This document shows positions 18,304-28,464 of a DNA stretch of 64,000 bases, piece after piece. The stretch comes from an uncultured virus (IMG/VR IMGVR_UViG_3300047444_000174) (Duplodnaviria > Heunggongvirae > Uroviricota > Caudoviricetes). Made by a program: the position numbers and the translations under genes. The stretch is from the IMG/VR virus record IMGVR_UViG_3300047444_000174. One strand, written 5' to 3'. Each line of letters opens with the position of its first letter. Position 1 is the first letter of the stretch. The notes under the pieces were generated by a model. It saw only the letters and a program-made list of their open reading frames with translations, did not search any database and had not been told where the DNA came from.

Positions 18304-19062
18304 TCAGGCCGAAACCGGGATAACCCATGCGCCCTGATCGAAACCAGCAACGCTGGAACTCCCGCTCGAGCCGCCTATGACAACCGGTTGTCCGGTGGAC
18401 GTAACAACCTGATCGCCAGCCGATGTCACGACATAGGCAGAAAGAACAGCATCGAAACCGAAAACTGGCGTATCTGGTTCGCTAGGGATGGCATAGAACT
18501 CGACCAATACGCCCGCGGGCCTGAGATTCAGATAGCCGCCAGCAAAGAGAGCGAGCGTAACGGCGTTTGGCGTCGGACCAATTAGGACGATGCCCATCGA
18601 CATGTCCTGGTTGTCCTGAATCAGGATTTCATATCCGAACGCCGAGAACAGGCCATTCCAGATCGTGTACGCGCTGGGTACTGTGCCGTCCCATGAATTC
18701 GCTGCTATGACCGCGTACAGGAGAATTCGATATGCATCATCTGGCAGAGCAACGAGGCCACTGGTCGGGTCAAATGGTCCTAGCCATGTTCCGAGATCGA
18801 GGCCGACTCCGTCTGTGTCAAGGCTGAAATACACGCCGACAATCGGCTCAGACAGATAGCGGCTTCGACCCACCCACTGCCCAACAACATCCAGTTGCAC
18901 ACCGACCGCAGAATTCAGGTCATACAGCGCGGGAATGCTGCCAAGCGAAACCTGCATATCGGCAAGCGGCTGAACGAGTGCAGCCACAGTCGCCATGAAA
19001 TTCGGCTGTGTGTTGTGCTCCGATGTTATGAGCGAGGTGTACGGAGTGATATCGCCGCTCAT
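18304..19062 (-). CDS. Baseplate wedge protein (DUF2612-like)
   Basis: AVGVQLDVVGQWVG.SR; DNQDMSM; synteny. Confidence 0.8.
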   Translation of the reverse strand: MSGDITPYTSLITSEHNTQPNFMATVAALVQPLADMQVSLGSIPALYDLNSAVGVQLDVVGQWVGRSRYLSEPIVGVYFSLDTDGVGLDLGTWLGPFDPTSGLVALPDDAYRILLYAVIAANSWDGTVPSAYTIWNGLFSAFGYEILIQDNQDMSMGIVLIGPTPNAVTLALFAGGYLNLRPAGVLVEFYAIPSEPDTPVFGFDAVLSAYVVTSAGDQVVTSTGQPVVIGGSSGSSSVAGFDQGAWVIPVSA

Positions 19063-19065
19063 AGA

Positions 19066-20478
19066 TCAGGTGTTCAGGATGACGTTAGAAGAGGTGCACT
19101 GAGCTGCGGCGTTAAATGTGATCGGTAGGTTGCCGGCCAGATACACTAGAGATCCATTATTGACTGTCTTTCCAGCCGGGATTGCCGGGCTAAATCCAAG
19201 TGTTGATCCGGATACCGACGTAATTACGGCCGGAATCTCGGATGAATCGCTCGCAATGAGCGTGATGGATTTTCCGATTGAATAAGGTGCTGGATTTGCT
19301 ACCGTGACTGCCGCAGTTCCTGCCACATACGGGCCACCCGTTGTCGTCATGTCGGAGCGTGCGAGATAGATGGAATCTATGTCGTATGTCTCTGACAGCG
19401 CATTGAGTTGTGTCTGGGTAAGGCCCGTTGAGCTTGTTGCTGCATTCCCTTGAAGCCCGGCGGGAGCCAATACCTTATTCAGGTTCACATCCGTGCCGAT
19501 CTCCAATCCTTCGATGAACGCCGCTGCCGTGGACTGGATAGAGGTGCCAGTCGTTGCAACATATCCCGTTAGCGGCGTGATGTTGATCACGGCATAAACC
19601 GGAATTTCTGCCAGCTGGAAAAAATTGATTGCCACTGGCACCCCAGCCGGGTCTTGCACAATGATGCTCGTTGTGCCGTAAGTGTCGGTTCCTGGGGACT
19701 TCGTTTTCTCAATTGTCGTTGCAATCGTGGTGGCATCACCACCCTCAACAACCACAGAGATCGAGTGCGCCGGTAATCCATTTGAATCAACTATCGACGT
19801 CGGATTCTCGTAAATTGCATACCGGCCAACGCCCGAGATGTTCGCCACCTTTGAGATGATCGAATTCAGCGGCGTCAGGGCGGGGAGCGACGTCGAGATA
19901 GTCTGACGTTGGCGCAGCGCAGAATCCGTCTCGACCGGGTTTCCGATGGAGGCCGCGGCAGGATTGGTAACCGACTGCCATCCGAGCGTGGGCGTCGCAA
20001 TCTTGGTAACCGTTCCGGCGGCCGCTCCAATTGCGCCGGCGGTGGCGCATGTGGCAGTAACCGTCACAGTGCCAGTCACAGGGATCGTGACGGAACCCGG
20101 CATATTCCATTGATTCCCTGCTGCATCCTGGACGATGCCGCTAGTGATGACCGTGCCAGCCTGTCCAACGATAACTACATTGACGGCCGAAGCAGTCGCA
20201 ATTTCTCGCTGGATGCCATTGATCTTGACGACGCTAGACAGGCCAGAGCCCTGCGCGTAACTGGGCGAAAATGAGTTGTAGACGGCAATCGTGCTTTGAT
20301 TGCAATCATTGATAGCCTGGGCGAATGCCGCGAGGAGCTGTCCATCCTGGCTATCTGGCGTTAAGACCGCGTCACTACCATAGATAGACAAGTATGTGTT
20401 CTGTAGCGCGGCGAAGATGTCGTTATAGGACGGCGCCGAGATACCAGTCGCATCGATCGTACATGCTAGTGTTGCCAT
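19066..20478 (-). CDS. Baseplate J/gp47-like protein
   Basis: DSQDGQL, G...ETD..LR.RQ, LPAHSI..VVEGG. Confidence 0.88.
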   Translation of the reverse strand: MATLACTIDATGISAPSYNDIFAALQNTYLSIYGSDAVLTPDSQDGQLLAAFAQAINDCNQSTIAVYNSFSPSYAQGSGLSSVVKINGIQREIATASAVNVVIVGQAGTVITSGIVQDAAGNQWNMPGSVTIPVTGTVTVTATCATAGAIGAAAGTVTKIATPTLGWQSVTNPAAASIGNPVETDSALRQRQTISTSLPALTPLNSIISKVANISGVGRYAIYENPTSIVDSNGLPAHSISVVVEGGDATTIATTIEKTKSPGTDTYGTTSIIVQDPAGVPVAINFFQLAEIPVYAVINITPLTGYVATTGTSIQSTAAAFIEGLEIGTDVNLNKVLAPAGLQGNAATSSTGLTQTQLNALSETYDIDSIYLARSDMTTTGGPYVAGTAAVTVANPAPYSIGKSITLIASDSSEIPAVITSVSGSTLGFSPAIPAGKTVNNGSLVYLAGNLPITFNAAAQCTSSNVILNT

Positions 20479-20831
20479 CAGAGCGTCGCCGTGATTGTCG
20501 TTTGCCCGTATCGGGTATTGATCGTTGCTGCTACTGAAAACTTGCGGGTCGTCGGATCAAAGGTGCTTGCGTAGTCGACAATCTCAGTCACACCCTGCGT
20601 CTCAAGGATGATTTCCTGAATCGCAATGTCTCGGGTTGCTTCGGTTCCGTAGCCCAGAATCTCTGTGCTGTACGGAACACCGGTCGTCGTATCGAGGAAC
20701 CATTCGCCCGCGATCAGTAGCAGGCGTGTCTGAACAGCCTGGGCGACCGTGGCCGGCGTATTAATCAGGAAATTGGCTTGCCCCTGCCCAATCTGGTAGT
20801 CGCCCGAAGCGGACAGTTCTCGGTATCTCAT
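20478..20831 (-). CDS. Baseplate wedge/sheath initiator
   Basis: AVQTRL.L..GEWFLD...GVPY. Confidence 0.78.
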   Translation of the reverse strand: MRYRELSASGDYQIGQGQANFLINTPATVAQAVQTRLLLIAGEWFLDTTTGVPYSTEILGYGTEATRDIAIQEIILETQGVTEIVDYASTFDPTTRKFSVAATINTRYGQTTITATL

Positions 20832-20880
20832 TTCGTATGGGCGTAAAAAAGCCCACCGAAGTGGGCCTATGTTGAGCAAA

Positions 20881-21621
20881 TCAATTAGGCGGCCCAGTGT
20901 TGCCGCCTTGCGGGTCTGGGTGCGTATGAGTGCTGTCGATCGCCTTCCCGTTCGATGTAACCGACCCAATGAAATTGATGATTCCCGTGATGGTTGCTGC
21001 GACACCACTGGCCGTGCTGCCCGCCATACCGGCGAGCCAAGTAAGCAGACCTTGGATGGTCACGGCGCCTGTGAACAGATTCGTCGGAGCATCCACCTCA
21101 AATCCGCCCGGCGCAACGATCTTTACCTTCTGCGTCGTCGGGTTCAGATCGAAATAGGTCGAGCCGTCATTGCTTCGGAGTTGCGTCGAGTTTCCGCTCC
21201 AGCCGCCAATTTTCGTCGCCTGACTGAATGGGCCCGGAAGCGCAAACCCGTCCGATAGATCATGCATCCGCAGTTCAGCTTGAACCTGAATGCCGCCGGA
21301 TTGCCACCAGGAGTCGATGCAGCGTGACGAGAACACGATCAGCGCTTCATCTCCCTGAGTGACCGGGAAGGTGAGGGTGCAGCCGCCTCCGCGCGGGAAG
21401 CAGACCGGAACATCCACAAGTAAGGGGAGTTGAACCCAGGAGGTGCTACCATCCTTTGCGCGGACGAGTCCTTTAATCGCTGGCTGCGCCGTGCAAGTTA
21501 TGGCTTCTGAATCGAAGCTCTGAATGATCGCCGGAAGCGCTGTCCAGATACCCGCCTGATGCCCATCGAGAGCGATTCTCAACGCCTCTTCATGGTCGGC
21601 TGAGCGTTCTGATTGGAGCAT
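20881..21621 (-). CDS. Baseplate spike (Gp138-like)
   Basis: LPLLVDVPV.FP.GGG, R.HDLSD, C-terminal HTH metal-binding motif. Confidence 0.85.
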   Translation of the reverse strand: MLQSERSADHEEALRIALDGHQAGIWTALPAIIQSFDSEAITCTAQPAIKGLVRAKDGSTSWVQLPLLVDVPVCFPRGGGCTLTFPVTQGDEALIVFSSRCIDSWWQSGGIQVQAELRMHDLSDGFALPGPFSQATKIGGWSGNSTQLRSNDGSTYFDLNPTTQKVKIVAPGGFEVDAPTNLFTGAVTIQGLLTWLAGMAGSTASGVAATITGIINFIGSVTSNGKAIDSTHTHPDPQGGNTGPPN

Positions 21622-21627
21622 ATAGAG

Positions 21628-22032
21628 ATGAAGATTTTGTTTGCCGCAATCTTGATCGCGGGGGTTTCGAGTGCCAATGCGTCTGGCCTCGATGATCTCG
21701 AACCAAAGCCATCCGCAATTCCGGGTTTGCCGGATCTGAAGAGGCCCGTTTTTCTATCTCCGTCGTCTCTTGTATGCGGGTATAGCGATGACATCGTTGG
21801 TGCATCAAAGACCTTCAGAGCGAACGCCATGACGCCACTCTTAACGTCTTTACTACAACAGCGAGGTTGCGCATTTTCCGACAAGGACACGAAGGTGCAG
21901 ATTGAACTGCCGGATGCCAGATCAGAGCAATACTTCTTACAGAAACAATGGCGCTACGTCGCAATCATTTGGCGAGGCGGCAGTGGCCAGCGGTGGCTCG
22001 GATATACGATGGTCGACAATCTCCACAACTAA
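21628..22032 (+). CDS. Antisense moron: exported protein with signal peptide
   Basis: MKILFAAILIAGVSSANA leader; fills the gap between two baseplate genes on the opposite strand. Confidence 0.7.
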   Translation: MKILFAAILIAGVSSANASGLDDLEPKPSAIPGLPDLKRPVFLSPSSLVCGYSDDIVGASKTFRANAMTPLLTSLLQQRGCAFSDKDTKVQIELPDARSEQYFLQKQWRYVAIIWRGGSGQRWLGYTMVDNLHN

Positions 22033-22970
22033 CCAGCAACCCGCACCGACTCCGACGCCCGGGCCGTTGTATCCACTGCCAGGCAAATCAGGTCTGTGTA
22101 CCACTGCTGACCGCGCGTATCGCCCTCAGTCTCGCTGACAAGTACACGGTAGAAGCCTGCTGCTGTAGTTTGAGCTGCCGCAGATAACCCCGTGTAAGTC
22201 AAACCCTGCTGCACGACCGTCAGCGTATTGATGTCGGCCTGCTCAATCTGGACAAGGCAGCCCACACGAATCAGTGGGTTAAGAAGTGTTCGAGCCCGCA
22301 CGCCATCTGCTGTAGCTTCCGGGATTCCAATAAGGCCAGTCGTCGATGAAAGCTTCACCGCCTCGCCAGGCCTGTAGCCTGTCACCGGCACGATTACAAC
22401 CTGCCCGTTCTGGATGCTCCAGCGGAAACCGTATTTGTTCGACCAGTCTCGAGCATAATCGCGGCTCATTCCCCACAGCACCTTGCCGCGGGCGAGAGAT
22501 TGCGCGGGGATGCCGCCGACCAGGCCATTGACGTCTGTGGCGTAAGGCAACTTCCCATCAGTCGAGTTCTGCTGGAAGATTGCGGCCAGAACCTGCTCCG
22601 GCGTGCTGCCAGCCGCGATCGTCTGATTCAGCAGGCCAAAGTTATAGAACTCGTCGCCATCGGCCGCCCAGATGTCGAGATACGAGTCGACATTGCGCTC
22701 ACGCCCACGCATGAACTGCTTGATGGTTCCCTGAAACAGAATGCCGAAGTTGCCGGTTTCATATCCGGCCTGAAGCGTGATCGTCGTGAACTCACCCTGA
22801 ATCTTTCTTACTGTCGAATCACTCAGGTTATAGACGCGGACATATAGTGTGTTTGGCGATTGTGTATCGTGCTGGCGCGTCTCAAACTTGAAGCGAAGTT
22901 CGGACAGGTCCAGACCATCTGTCCCGGCAGAGACTATCAGAGTCGCTTTCCGTCCGAATTGATCGCTCAC
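22029..22970 (-). CDS. Baseplate hub protein
   Basis: VYNLS, L.AGY, TGLIG.PE, GDTRG..WY; synteny. Confidence 0.8.
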   Translation of the reverse strand: MSDQFGRKATLIVSAGTDGLDLSELRFKFETRQHDTQSPNTLYVRVYNLSDSTVRKIQGEFTTITLQAGYETGNFGILFQGTIKQFMRGRERNVDSYLDIWAADGDEFYNFGLLNQTIAAGSTPEQVLAAIFQQNSTDGKLPYATDVNGLVGGIPAQSLARGKVLWGMSRDYARDWSNKYGFRWSIQNGQVVIVPVTGYRPGEAVKLSSTTGLIGIPEATADGVRARTLLNPLIRVGCLVQIEQADINTLTVVQQGLTYTGLSAAAQTTAAGFYRVLVSETEGDTRGQQWYTDLICLAVDTTARASESVRVAG

Positions 22971-23278
22971 GAGACTATCCAGTACAAGTGGCCCGTAGAG
23001 CCCAAGTCATCAAAAGTTGGCACAACATCTGGCGCATTGTCAGTCTGTGCCACCAGGCTCCCGCCGAACCCGAGATATGCGTATTGCTCAAGCAGATTAG
23101 CGCCCGTAACCATCGGGATTCCGCTAATCATCGGTGTGCCTGTTGCATCTGCAATATCAATCACCCAGCATGCCGATACCCAATTCCACTTGACCGTGAA
23201 TTTATACGTCACGCCAGACAGTGAGATGTTGAACGTCTGCGGCGTTGGCGATAGCGGAATCTCGTAATACGTCGTCAT
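22967..23278 (-). CDS. Small baseplate protein
   Basis: GIP.VTG.NLL.QY.YLG; synteny. Confidence 0.75.
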   Translation of the reverse strand: MTTYYEIPLSPTPQTFNISLSGVTYKFTVKWNWVSACWVIDIADATGTPMISGIPMVTGANLLEQYAYLGFGGSLVAQTDNAPDVVPTFDDLGSTGHLYWIVS

Positions 23279-23967
23279 GGCAGGGCGGATACGTTGATGT
23301 TGGGCGTCGGCACCGGGTAGGTAGTGCCCATATCAGATACTGCAGCATTCTTGCCTGGATCAGCCATAACCGATGAATCAGGGACGGTCACGGTTTGCGT
23401 CTGCGCCATTAGAATCTGTTTGCAGCCGATCCGCACAATCAAGGAATTCTCGGCCTCCTTGTCCGTCGTCGTCGACAAGGACTTGATCAGCATGTTCTTG
23501 TAGGTGCGCTTACCGGTGTAGATCGTGAACAGGGTTCTAGCCCGGTAGAGCGTCAGCAGATTGTTATAGGCCTGCTGAACGACAGATAGGCCGCCACTAA
23601 GTGACGTGAGCGCCGCGGCGACACCAGATACGGCCTCTGCGGCTGCAACCAAAGTTCTGGCTGCGCCGTTTTGCGCCGCGGCGAATCCAGCCAATGCACC
23701 TACAGCACTTGTCTGATTGGGGCTATTGGAAAACCCATATGTCAGGATCAATTCTGCCGGCCTCACGAAGGCATGGTCGGAAATGACCGTGCCTTGCTCG
23801 ACAGGATGCTCGGTGACCTCTAGCTCGTCCTGGTGGACTTCCTCTAGAACGGCCTGAGCAACAATTGCCGATGTTCCATCCGCAAGGGACATGCCGCGTT
23901 TTGGCTTGATGACCAGCAGTTGAAGCCCGATCTGAGCGCCGGACTCGAGAAATCCTAAAGCGCTCAT
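23275..23967 (-). CDS. Tail tube initiator/Dit-like baseplate protein
   Basis: VTEHPVEQG..ISDHA...P; TGKR.Y.NM. Confidence 0.8.
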   Translation of the reverse strand: MSALGFLESGAQIGLQLLVIKPKRGMSLADGTSAIVAQAVLEEVHQDELEVTEHPVEQGTVISDHAFVRPAELILTYGFSNSPNQTSAVGALAGFAAAQNGAARTLVAAAEAVSGVAAALTSLSGGLSVVQQAYNNLLTLYRARTLFTIYTGKRTYKNMLIKSLSTTTDKEAENSLIVRIGCKQILMAQTQTVTVPDSSVMADPGKNAAVSDMGTTYPVPTPNINVSALP

Positions 23968-25544
23968 TGAACCGCTCCTGCGAAGTTTCTAACCATATCG
24001 CCGTTGACGCGGCCCTGTTCCCCGAGAACAGTGCGGGCCGTGCCGTGCGGATCCGGTGAGCCGTGGACGTGAATGTCGGTTTTCTGTTGAATCGTCACTG
24101 GACCACTAGCAGTGGATGCAGATCCAACCCCCAACTTGCCATATGCCGATCCATTCTCGTGGGCGAAGATAGCCTGCGACAAAGAACCAAGCTGGTTTCC
24201 GTTCAATACCTGATCAGGCGACAGCCCCAGCTTTTTTGCCACATCAGCAATGTAGGCCTGAGTATTGTTTTCATTGCCAGGCGCCCAACGAGATATGACT
24301 TTGCGAATCGTATCGAAGCCGCGTGCCGCATAGCTACGGAGCAGCGCCATCGTAGCCTGCATCCCGGTTTGCATATCAGCAAAGATCGCAAAACCCTTGT
24401 CATCTGCGCCGATGGCACCAGCGCTGTTTGCAAAACTGCCGGACCGAATATTCCCGGGGTTATTGTTACGGATACCGCGGGGCGATGATGAGGTGGGCGG
24501 CAATTCAATAACGGTGCCGAATGATTCTCCAGCTTGCCCCGCCTGAGATCCTCCAAACAACCGCTCAGCCGCCTGGCGCTTTTTACGAATCCAGGCGATG
24601 AATGGGCTATCACCCGGGTGATCACCATCCGTGGGCGTAGCAGCGCTGCTACCCCCAAAAACACTTGCTATCTTCGCGATGCCGCCAGCAATATTACCGA
24701 TGACCTTGGCAACTTCCCATGCCTTGGCGAGGAACACGTCGACGTCTTTGCCGACCGCATCCCAGTTGATCTCAGAGACCCATTTCGCCACAGCCTCAAG
24801 GGCCGTCGCGATCTTCTGAGCCACCTTATCGGCGTTGCCCGCTTCCCACCGCTCAAACTGGGCAACGATGGTTCGCAGGACCGGTGCCAGATGTTCCTGC
24901 AGCAACACCCAGAACAGATGAACGTCGGACAGCAGATCGCGGATTGAGTTATCGAAATCCGTTCCTGCCTGCGCCGCCTGTTCCGGGTTGATGCCGAACG
25001 CACCCAGCTTCGCGCGATACCGGTCCTGGGCTGCCTGAATCTTCGGCAGCCCATTTTCTAGCATCAGCAGCGTATCGGGATCGATGCCGAACAGGCCTGC
25101 ATATTGCGCCGCGATGTACGGCTGCATCTGCTTCATCTTGCCGATGAAGCTCTGAAACTGCTCGAGGGGGCTGTTGCCGGTTACGCCGAGTTGCTGGAGC
25201 AACCCATTCATGCCGGGATTCAACCGTAACGTGCGCGTGAATCCTTCGAGCGATGTCTGCGCCTGATCAGCTGTTAGACCGATCTGCCCCGCGGCATAGC
25301 GCAACGCCATGAGGTTGCCGACCGTCTCGCCGGTACGCTGAGATGCATAGTACAGGCGCTCCATCTCTCCCGAGATGATCTTTACGCCAGCCACAACTGC
25401 GCCGGCTGTGGCAACAACTGCGGCGCCAAGCCCCATCACCATTTTGGTGACGGATGCGAGGGAGGCGGTGAATTTCTTCAAGCTGGTTTCATCGGTCTTG
25501 TACCCGATAGAAACCATGAACTCCTTAATGACGTCTTCGTTCAT
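23964..25544 (-). CDS. Tape measure protein with C-terminal lysozyme-like domain
   Basis: Follows chaperones; Ala-rich helical; PRGIRNNNPGNIR...WAP..ENNT..Y. Confidence 0.85.
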   Translation of the reverse strand: MNEDVIKEFMVSIGYKTDETSLKKFTASLASVTKMVMGLGAAVVATAGAVVAGVKIISGEMERLYYASQRTGETVGNLMALRYAAGQIGLTADQAQTSLEGFTRTLRLNPGMNGLLQQLGVTGNSPLEQFQSFIGKMKQMQPYIAAQYAGLFGIDPDTLLMLENGLPKIQAAQDRYRAKLGAFGINPEQAAQAGTDFDNSIRDLLSDVHLFWVLLQEHLAPVLRTIVAQFERWEAGNADKVAQKIATALEAVAKWVSEINWDAVGKDVDVFLAKAWEVAKVIGNIAGGIAKIASVFGGSSAATPTDGDHPGDSPFIAWIRKKRQAAERLFGGSQAGQAGESFGTVIELPPTSSSPRGIRNNNPGNIRSGSFANSAGAIGADDKGFAIFADMQTGMQATMALLRSYAARGFDTIRKVISRWAPGNENNTQAYIADVAKKLGLSPDQVLNGNQLGSLSQAIFAHENGSAYGKLGVGSASTASGPVTIQQKTDIHVHGSPDPHGTARTVLGEQGRVNGDMVRNFAGAVQ

Positions 25545-25780
25545 TTCCGGCTTTCCATGTATGCCTGAATACGGCGCTCGTTCTCGTTTTTAACGCTGAG
25601 TGCATCGACAAGAAGCGCGATGTCAGCCAGATCAACAGTTCCGTCGATCAATGATTCATACTTGATCAACCCCTCCATGACAGGCAGAAGCAACCAGTCT
25701 TCTCCATCTGGAAGTGACGCGAGGCTTATGCCGTTCAGGCCGCCACCCGAGAAGTCAGCGGCGACCCTGCGGGAAAAAAA
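25541..25780 (-). CDS. C-terminal part of tail assembly chaperone, reached by -1 frameshift (lambda gpT equivalent)
   Basis: Open -1 frame from T7 slippery run at 25774-25780 to TGA overlapping the tape measure start. Confidence 0.65.
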   Translation of the reverse strand, partial: FFSRRVAADFSGGGLNGISLASLPDGEDWLLLPVMEGLIKYESLIDGTVDLADIALLVDALSVKNENERRIQAYMESRK

Positions 25781-26136
25781 CTCCCGAGATTTCCCTGAAT
25801 GACGGCGACGGTCAGTTGCAGCATCTGTGCCATATCGATGTCCTGAAACATCAGGCCGCCGTTTCTGACCATGACGCTGGCCCACTGGTTATTGCTCTGG
25901 CGTTGGACGACGGCGAGGCACGTGTCGATCACGTAATCCGTGTCCTCATCCGACATCTTCGACAGCGCTTCAGCGATCGGCGCCACCACCTCGGCAAAGC
26001 CCTTAGATTCGCCTTGCAACGCACCGCCCAGGCCTGCGAGCAATGGAGCCAGCCGGCGGGCAACGTGAAACTGCTTTTTGGCATCGAGGCGGCCGATTCG
26101 GTATTGCTGGCCGCCAACGTCGATCAAGTCACTCAT
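25735..26136 (-). CDS. Tail assembly chaperone
   Basis: Between tube and tape measure; QFHVARRLAP. Confidence 0.8.
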   Translation of the reverse strand: MSDLIDVGGQQYRIGRLDAKKQFHVARRLAPLLAGLGGALQGESKGFAEVVAPIAEALSKMSDEDTDYVIDTCLAVVQRQSNNQWASVMVRNGGLMFQDIDMAQMLQLTVAVIQGNLGSFFPAGSPLTSRVAA

Positions 26137-26138
26137 GA

Positions 26139-26582
26139 TCAGGTACCTGCAGCCAATGCAGGATCCACGATGCCCGCATTAAATTCCCATTCGATCGTGC
26201 CGGCTTCCTTGGCGTAATCGTTCTTCGGGAATTTGGCGAAGGCTACAAGTTGGCAGGTGTACACATCACCGCGGATCGTGTCCGAAGCGGTGAATATGTT
26301 TTGCCCCCAGTTGGCCGAGCTCGTGCGCTGGAAGTTGTACATCGCCGACAAAAGGGCATTCGTTGACGAAGTCTTCTGCAGGCGAATGGTTAGCTTGCCA
26401 GCCTTGCTCGCATTCAGGCTGTGCATAGGCGTCCCGTCTGCGCCGATCTTCATGTTGTCGGCTTCTTCGGTGAATTCGACCGAGAAACCTTCTTCTGCGA
26501 TGCCCGCGCCAGATCCTAGGGAGATTGCACCACCAGGGCCGATCAGCGAGGCATTGAAATTCAGAAATGAGTAAGTTGCCAT
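26139..26582 (-). CDS. Tail tube protein (DUF3277-like)
   Basis: TYSF...IGADG...L.KTS; follows sheath. Confidence 0.82.
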   Translation of the reverse strand: MATYSFLNFNASLIGPGGAISLGSGAGIAEEGFSVEFTEEADNMKIGADGTPMHSLNASKAGKLTIRLQKTSSTNALLSAMYNFQRTSSANWGQNIFTASDTIRGDVYTCQLVAFAKFPKNDYAKEAGTIEWEFNAGIVDPALAAGT

Positions 26583-26591
26583 CGATGATCC

Positions 26592-28403
26592 TTACTGGTT
26601 GACCGTGATTGCGATGTTTGCGCTATGAATTGCGCCCGCTTCCTTGGCTGCGATCTGGAATGCGACGGACTTGCGTGCTGCCCGATTGGCCTGGTTCTGG
26701 TTAGCGATCGGAGGTGCGAACACGTAAAAGCCCTTCGGCATGTAATCGCCTTCATTAAGCGTGCCGAACCCCGACGAATTCCATGTACCAGGGGCCAGGA
26801 AGCCGTTGGTCACGTATTGCGCGCAGACCTGTTCCATCGTCGTCAGGATCAGGTGATTGCCAGCGTCCGTTTGCGGGATCTTGGTCGTCGATGTGTACAG
26901 CAGATTGAACACGGCGTTCTGGATGTCGATCGCCAGGTTGTCGGCGCCCATCACGGAATCGATGAAGTCGCCAGAGCAGCACACGCCCTGCTCGATGATC
27001 GCGGTGTTGTTGTCGTAGGCGACAAACACGTTGCAGTTGAATGCTTCGAGCGCATTTGCCTGCGTCGTGTTGATGTTCTCGGCAACGATGCCCGGCTCCT
27101 GCTTGAACTTCAGCGTGATAACCGTGTTGTTGCCGGTATAGTCCGTTGTCAGGATGCGGGCGAGCAGCGAGACGGCGGCGTAGGCATTCGAACTCGAATA
27201 CTGGACAGCTGTCTTCTTGTAACCGGCCAGCTCCAACTGATAGGCAATGTTCGTCGTATCGCTCGCGACCAGTACCGCCGCCTCCTGCGTCGACACGCCG
27301 TAGAAATGCTTGGTCGTCGTTGCTTCGATATACGGCGCGATCAGTAGGTGATCTGCATCGAGTGCAGACGGAACCGTGACGGCATACCATTGCTGGCCGT
27401 AGCTCTGGTCGAACAGGGTAACTGCCGACAGCGCCGATTCAGCAGCGATGCCTTGCGAGACATACGCTCCGGACGACGCTGCGGTCATGCCGAGCATGGC
27501 CGAAATGTCAGTTCCGCTGCCACCGGTCAGTGTGGCGCCAGAAGGCGTAGCCGCTGATGCGGCCAGTGTGAACGTGTTGCCCGCCGTGCCAGGCGTCTTG
27601 TAGACGATCTGGAGCGCGGTGCCAGCCTGATTGACCGAGTAAGTCGCTTTGGAAAGGTTGACGTCTGCCGACTGGTTCAGGAATGTGACGGCGTTCGCAA
27701 GCGTCGCCGCAAGCGTCGCGCCGATCAGGATCTGGTTGCCGGTCGTCAGCGAAGTGACGAACGTTACGGCAGTGCCGCCGATCGTGATCGTGGCTGCTGC
27801 GCTGGGATTCACGGCGAACGTGATCGAGCCAAAAGCAGTCGGCGCAGTGGCGAAACTCAGAGTCGACGCTACACCGGTCATGCCATCCGTGATTTGGAAC
27901 TGCTGGAACGTCGAATTCCAGACGCACGTCGAACCTGCGACAGCCGCAGCCAGAGCCGTCTGGATTAATGCCGCGATGCCGTTCAGGTTCGTCGACGTGC
28001 CGAAGCTGGCCGGCGAGATCGTGTAAGGCGAGCCGTTGATCGTGATCGAGAATGCGGGCGTAGTGACGGCATTCCACGCGGCTATCGATTGCTGCGCAGC
28101 AGACAGGGTGGCGCCGAACAACTGCGCGGCCACCGCGGTCTTCGCCCAGCGGCCAACCATGACCGAGGCGGGCTGGGGGGCCTGCTCAAACCACAGGACG
28201 GCAGCCTTATATTCCTCGGCGCTCGTGCCGAAGTCGGTAGCCAGATCCGCAATATCGGAATAGGTGCGGAAACGCGACACAGGGTCGATGACGTTCGACG
28301 TCCCGAGAATCAGCAGCGTTGAGGTATTTTGCGACTGAGCAGCGCTCTGCGTGAGGGTGATCGTCGCATTGACCAACCGGCTGACTGGAAGGGTGTTCGC
28401 CAT
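26592..28403 (-). CDS. Tail sheath protein (DUF3383-like)
   Basis: DFG.SAEEY.AA..WF.Q.P.P; TLKFKQEPG; KIPQTD.G; AGAIH. Confidence 0.9.
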   Translation of the reverse strand: MANTLPVSRLVNATITLTQSAAQSQNTSTLLILGTSNVIDPVSRFRTYSDIADLATDFGTSAEEYKAAVLWFEQAPQPASVMVGRWAKTAVAAQLFGATLSAAQQSIAAWNAVTTPAFSITINGSPYTISPASFGTSTNLNGIAALIQTALAAAVAGSTCVWNSTFQQFQITDGMTGVASTLSFATAPTAFGSITFAVNPSAAATITIGGTAVTFVTSLTTGNQILIGATLAATLANAVTFLNQSADVNLSKATYSVNQAGTALQIVYKTPGTAGNTFTLAASAATPSGATLTGGSGTDISAMLGMTAASSGAYVSQGIAAESALSAVTLFDQSYGQQWYAVTVPSALDADHLLIAPYIEATTTKHFYGVSTQEAAVLVASDTTNIAYQLELAGYKKTAVQYSSSNAYAAVSLLARILTTDYTGNNTVITLKFKQEPGIVAENINTTQANALEAFNCNVFVAYDNNTAIIEQGVCCSGDFIDSVMGADNLAIDIQNAVFNLLYTSTTKIPQTDAGNHLILTTMEQVCAQYVTNGFLAPGTWNSSGFGTLNEGDYMPKGFYVFAPPIANQNQANRAARKSVAFQIAAKEAGAIHSANIAITVNQ

Positions 28404-28464
28404 GTGTGCGTCCCAAAAGAAAAAGCCCGCTTAAGGCGGGCTCTGAAATTTGCTAAGAGAGGGG

